Shown: positions 57,958 to 64,000 of the stretch, piece by piece
How the letters are laid out: the number at the start of each line of letters is the position of its first letter
Numbering within the stretch: position 1 is the stretch's first letter
The notes under the pieces: model-generated
What the model was told of the DNA's origin: nothing
The model's database searches: none
Seen by the model: the letters and a program-made list of their open reading frames with translations, nothing else
Position numbers and translations under genes: made by a program
Assembly: GCA_020891255.1 (NCBI GenBank)
Contig: BQFW01000009.1
Location: 1,426,001-1,490,000, forward strand
Source: Entomortierella parvispora E1425
Lineage: Eukaryota > Fungi > Mortierellomycota
DNA: 64,000 bases
Direction: 5' to 3'

Positions 57958-60900
57958 TTACGTGGACACAGCTCCAGCCTGATGGGCCAGCTGGAAGAAC
58001 TTTGAATCGTGGTTCTTCAAGAGTGTCTCAGGCTTATCAAACTCGACCACCTCGCCCTTGTCCATGACCAAGATCATGTTCGAGTCCAGGACCGTCTTGA
58101 TACGATGCGCAATCGTCAACACTGTCCGGTCCTTGAACTCTTCCCGGATCGTCTTTTGGATCAACTCATCCGTCTCCATGTCCACAGCCGCCGTCGCCTC
58201 GTCCAAGATCAGGATCTTGCTCTTTCTCAAAAGAGCACGCGCCAGGCAGATGAGGGATCGCTGACCGACCGAAAAGTTCTCGCCGTTTTGAGAGACCTCA
58301 TGAGACAGGCCTCCAGGCAAAGCTCGGATCTGATCCTTAAGATGAGCACGCTCCAGGGCCTCCCAAAGCTCTTCATCCCCCGCCTGGTTGAATGGATCCA
58401 AATTGTCGCGCACTGTGCCCGCAAACAAGGTGGGATCCTGAGGGATGATGGCCAAATGTTGTCGCAGGTCCGAAAGTCCCAACGTTGCAATATCGACGCC
58501 ATCAATCTCGATCGATCCGCCGTCAATCTCTTCATCTTCTCTGAGTGGTGCAGGTTCCATGCCATTGAGAAGGCCGTCGGTCTCTGTGCCTTCTCCTGCA
58601 GCCGCAGCCGCCTCTCGGCGTTCGTGGTATCCAGAGTTGTCACTCGCACGCGCCCAATAACTGTTGGCCGCTTCAATGATTCGGAACAGAGCCAAGGTCA
58701 AGGATGACTTTCCAGCACCAGTTCTACCCACGATGCCGACCGACGATCCAGGCTGGACTTCAAACGACAAGTGCTTGACAACCAAATCCAGACCTTCTCT
58801 GTATCGGCTCGAGTAATTCTTGAAGACCACTCGTCCATGCTCAGGCCACTGCACCGGCACACGCTTGCTCATGTACGCGGGCGCCTCTGTATGCTTGTCC
58901 GTGTAATCTTGGATTCTCTCAATAGCCACCAGATGCGCCTGCCATTCACTGTAATCGCGGACCAGCCACATCATGGAGTCTGTCACGCCGATTGCATAGT
59001 TAAGTGCCAGACCGACCAAGCTAGGATCGACCTTGTGGCGTCCCAAAACAGCCAAGACAGCCAAAGCCAGGATAATAGTTGCACTCACAATCTGAAGTCT
59101 CAGTTCGACCCATCGATTGCAGTACATATATCCCACAAAGGCGTTCGTGGTATAGTCCAGTCTCTTTGCGTTCTCCTCGATATACTGGGGTTGGATCGAC
59201 ATGGCCCGGATAGTGGCAACTCCGTTTAGTGTCTCATCGAAATGCTGGTACACAGGCGAAATGGACACGGATCGAATTCGCTTCAGGGACCGCGTTGCCC
59301 AGATGAAGTACCGTTGAATCATGTAATAGACCGCGGCCAGGAAAGGGAGCATGATGACGATAGACGGCATTGTGAAGACAATAACCAAAAGAGTGACTCC
59401 GACCGACTGAGTCAAGTAAATCAGATCCTGGAATTTCCAAGGCAATTGCTCATCCAAGCTGAAGCAATCGCTCGAGAATCGGTTCACAATTCGTCCCAGT
59501 GGTGTTGTATCAAAGAAACTAGGGCGGAACGAAGAATATATGAGATGTTAATAAATAGTTGTTGATGCAGTTGCAGTTTGTGTTGGAAGCAAGAGTCTTC
59601 CTGTACTAACCTCATAGGCAAACGAACGATGGTCTCGATCAACTTTCGGTGAAAGAATTCGGAGGCACGAATGCGAGCCACAGACATGATCAGATACATA
59701 TAGACCAGGTAACAGAAAGCGTAGAGAAACGTGATGCCCGTGTAGACACCCAAGAATAAGACGATTGATTTGGAAAGATCGTCTTGACTTTTGCCAATCC
59801 AATGCTTGAGCCAGAGTGCCGTTACAAGAACACACATGTGTGTCACTGTGTTGATCAACACAATCGAGATGGACGTCCGATAGGTACAAGCCTTGGCATA
59901 GGCCTTGACCAAGCGCCATTCGATACCTCCTCTCTTCATCACCTCCTCCGCAATCAGCTCATCTTCCTCATCATCCTCTTCTGCTTTTGCAGTCTTGGCT
60001 TTGGTTGCCTTTGTGGTTTCTTCCTCTTCCACCGTCTGTGCATCCGATTCCTCGTCGCTGCCCTCATCCGACAAATCTTCTGCTGCAGTTGTGGTGCCGG
60101 AAGCCGATCCCGCTCCGGTTGCTACATGGTGGCTGTTCCTGCGCTTCTTGTGTCCAGAGTGCTTGACTGAGAATTCTTCAATAAGCTGCGAGAAGGCCTT
60201 CTTGTGCGATAGGAGCTCTTCGTACTGACCAATCTCTGCAATGGCTCCATCCTTGATCACCACAATCTGATCCATTTGTGCCAAATGATGAATACCATGG
60301 GTGACCAAGATTCGAGTCTTGTCCTTGAGCAAGCCCTCGGGTCCGATCAAGTTCTCCCACAGGTGGCGGTCGACATGAGCATCCACAGCACTGAGAGGAT
60401 CGTCCAAAAGGTATACGTCCGCATCCTGATAGGCGGCTCTGGCCAAGGAGACACGTTGCTTCTGTCCTCCTGAAAGGTTGATGCCACGCTCTCCGATTTC
60501 AGTCATGTCACCAGCGGGCAAGATGGCCAAATCCGGCTCCAAACTGCAGGCATTCAACACTTTACGGTAACGAGCGGCATCATACTCCTTTCCGAACAGG
60601 ATGTTATCCCGAAGAGTGGCGTTCACGATCCAAGCTAAGAGAATAAGAAAAAAAGGAGAGCAACGGACATTGTTATTTTTGAGAGATTCTACTGTGGTCA
60701 ACAACAAGTTTAGCATTGACCAACTGTTCTGTATTTTTACCTTGTTGAGGAACATAGGCTACACGACCTCGAATCGAGATCGATCCCTCCAATTTGTACA
60801 TATCTCCAATGACTGCGCTCAGCAATGAAGATTTGCCCATGCCGACGCGACCCACGACTGCCACGATCGACTTGTCCTTCACTGCCAAGTTGATATCGCG

Positions 60901-63354
60901 AAGAGCAGGTGCCTGAAGTTCATCAGCAGATGCATTGGCGTCAGTGCTCAAAAGATGCTCCTGTTCATCGGTAGCGGTTTCAGCTTCAGCTTCGTCATCA
61001 GAATCTGCCCCTTCGTCTCCAATGTTTTCGGTATTGCCATCTCCTCCTAGAGTCCAGGTCATGGTAGCATCTTTGATCTCGATTGCAACGCCTCCATGTC
61101 TAGAGGTGGCGCTATAGTCCTGGCGTTCAATTTGAGAATCGTCGATCTCCTCTCGAAGCAAAAATCTTCTCAGACGCTTTGTAGCAATAATCAACGAGAC
61201 CAGCTCTGCAGTTCTATAACAACATGAGAAAAGCTAAAGTTAAAACATTTTCTCAAGTAGCTCCAATTACCTTCGTTTTTATGTCCTTACCCTTCGGCCA
61301 ATCGAGCAATCGGTTCATGCAGCAACTCTAGCAGGGTCAAGCTCACAAACACAACTTTCGGGGTCAACTCTCCATGGCCCAGGGTCACATAGGTTCCAAA
61401 GGTCACCAAGCTAATGATGGGTGTACTCGAGGCAAAGACCAAGGTCATGACGGCCTCGATGATTCCCAAGCGCCGAGTCATCTCCAACTCCTTGCCTCGG
61501 CTATCCAAGATCCGGCGCATCATAGGAATCTCCCATCCGTAAAGCTTGACAATTTTGATGTTGGAAAGGACCTCCGTTGTCTGTCTAACACGCTCATCAG
61601 TCATCTCCATGCGTTTGTCTTCAAGTCTTCCCAAATGTTTCGCCCTCCAGATCTGAAGAGGCGACAAAAGAACGAGTATGACCACTGCAACAAAGGCACT
61701 CCATCCCAACAGTTTGTAGACTGTTTTTGTTTTGAGAAACAGGAGAAACAACGGTTAGAGGAATATAGCTCTATAGCTCTTTGAAAACGTAAAATGAATA
61801 CAGATAAACACCAACTTACGGAAATAGATGCAGAGGCCAAAGTCCAAAGGAAGGGAAATAAAGATGGACAAGATGTCAACGCCAATTTCCCACATGGCGG
61901 CATCAACAGACATGTGATTCGTAATGGCGCCTGTGCTTGACTTTCGTCTTGCGTCTGGGGACAATCTCAGAGCTTTCCGATAGACCATAGCCGTGGCGCC
62001 AGATCGAATCTCTGCGCCGATCAGATACAACTTGCGCAAGGCGTAACTGTAACCAATGGTCACGAGGACATGGGCCACGAAAATCGAAACGGCAATAAAG
62101 AGGCCAAATATCAGGGGTCGCTCGCCTTCATGGCTTCGTCCTTCAATGTAATCCAGAAGTAAACCCAGCAGAAATGGCGAAAGGATTTCTCCGAACGGAA
62201 TGAGAATCCTCGCGGCGACAATTGGCACAAACCCTCTCCAGTGCGCGACCAAAATAGAGTTGAGGAGCGAAGGCGGTTTGATCTTTGACCTCTTCTCGGG
62301 GTCGGTTTCTGCCTCCAGTCGCTGGTGAAATGCTTGGACGCGTTTGTTCCAGACCCGTTCTATCCGTTCCGCTCCCACCTTTGTCTCGTGTTCTTCTGGC
62401 AAGATGTTGGCAATGTCCGCAGGAGAGAGAAACTCTTGTTTGGCCGCCAAATTGACAATGGGCTGGAAATAGGACATTGTCAATTGAGAGAGCAAGCTGG
62501 CGCGGTCGTAGGCTCGTATCTCGGGAGGTAACTGTTGATGAATACGAGTCGATCCTCGAGGCCAAGCCTCCGCCGTCAATCCAACAAGAACGGAAATGAG
62601 CACCAATGCACTGAGAATGAACTGGACGCTATGGCCTTGTCCAAGATCATACAGAGTGTGGAGGATGAAGGATGTTGAGACGGCCGTTACGATGTAAAAT
62701 GAGATGAGCGAGTTTGAGGACCGGATCGTGTATCGGGGTTCATCGTAGTTGACCCACAGACTCATGAACTAAACAAGACAGAGATGAAAAGTTAAGGTCT
62801 TTTGCCAGCATCACATCGAAGTTATGAGCAAGTTTGATCTGATATCTCGGATGCTTACCCATGCTATAGCCATGGTAAGTGATCCCACCGTGTTCATAAC
62901 GAAATAGTCTTTAGCTGTGACGCTGACGGCAGTTTGTACCAAGAAGAGGACCACGGTGGCTAGGATACTTCCCTTTGCGGGCCAATAGTGCCATGGCGTA
63001 CGCCCGTAGTTGTGGGGTGTGCGCTGTGTGCGGAGCCTATATGTCCGGGCAAGGAGCAGAAAGAAGCCCAGCCAGCCTAGCAGGGTATAGAAGATGCTGT
63101 AAAGACTTGGGTCAGATACTCATGCTGATCGGATGGTCGGCTGGATAAAGGCGCATGTACCTGTACTCGAAGCAGAGGGTAAGATCTGCGCGGGTTGGGC
63201 TTGTGGGACCCTACAACAGGCAATAGAGAAAACAAGAGATGAGAGGATTTCCCAGGACGCTCTAGAACCTTTGGGCGAAGCTACGAGCGAGCAAGCATAC
63301 CCAGCCTTCGGATCCACAGAGATGTGTCTTCTTGCCCAGAATCGACGTGTCCAT
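57958..63354 (-). CDS. ABCC (MRP/YCF1-like) transporter with TMD0
   Basis: Start MDTSILGKKTHLCGSEGW|GP..LTLCFEY. NBD1 GRVGMGKSS and [14 protein letters not shown]; NBD2 GRTGAGKSS, FSVGQRSLICLARA, LDEATAAVD. Multiple introns. Confidence 0.92.
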
Positions 63355-64000
63355 GGTGTAACGGGGGAATGCGGCCGTAAGGGAAGCTAAAAAGTTTTTC
63401 TTCTGTGGAAAAGGCGGTGTTTTGTTTTGTCGGGAAAGAGGATCTGTTGTTTGATGGGAAAGAGAAAGGAGAAAGAGAGAGAGGAGCATTGTGTAAACCG
63501 GGGATCTTATGAACGGTTGCGCTGCAGGGTTTGGGTTTGCGCTGCGGTCTTGCTTCGATCTGCTTCTGTGTGGTTCTGAAGGCCCAAGACGCAGTTTTGG
63601 CTCCAGTGGCTCCAAAAGGCGAAATTTTTGGTTGTGTCTGTCTGTCTGTCCGTCTGTCTGTGGGCTGTTTGGCAGAGCATCCATCCGTCTGCCTATGTCG
63701 TCTATATCTGTCTTCAGTCTGTCTGTCCACCTACCAGCTGCGGTGACTGCAATGTGCTGCCTTGGAGAATGAGGAATGAAGCGTCAGGATGCAGTCGTGA
63801 ATGGGCGCCACGGGGGATGAAGGTGCCCATGCACTTCCGAGAGGGAGAATACGGGAACACGGGCTAGGTGAAGAGAGAGAGAGAACGAGCACAAAAGGCA
63901 ATATCGCTCAATTGCTGCTGCGCGCCGCGATGCAGGTATCATCGCGGGTGCAATGCGGTTACTCAAAGAGAACAAATTCCGACTCTCCCGACTCCCTCTC

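Noticed and set aside
44259-63354. Biosynthetic or resistance gene cluster around the two ABC transporters
   Set aside because: No NRPS, PKS, terpene or tailoring enzyme genes in the window.
1-64000. tRNA, rRNA or CRISPR arrays
   Set aside because: None recognised. The tandem repeats seen are coding minisatellites or microsatellites without spacers.

Overview
Fungal nuclear DNA with short GT-AG introns. The F-box/LRR gene families and gene set suggest Mortierellaceae (inference). The main feature is a 7,598-bp DNA transposon (13486-21083) with 1,021-bp terminal inverted repeats (TIRs) and a 9-bp target-site duplication (GGGGGGGGA). It carries convergent RecQ-like helicase and DDE-type transposase genes, matching the AcademH lineage. 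By hand-splicing, the start codon and first ~138 codons (exons 1-3, start of exon 4, three introns) of both genes lie inside the TIRs, so both proteins should share one promoter sequence and an identical S/T-P-rich N-terminus. The element splits a divergent promoter between a 5-exon LAMTOR1/Meh1-like gene (missed by the ORF track) and a LAT-family amino-acid permease. The rest: an F-box/LRR tandem array with relics and an embedded secreted Cys-rich orphan (0-8.4 kb), RPL31, a chitin deacetylase, a telobox-Myb protein, RPL34, a JmjC protein, FYV7, a Stealth-family protein, three more F-box/LRR genes, an ABCB and an ABCC transporter, and a DUF1769 protein. Gene models are manual and no database search was run.
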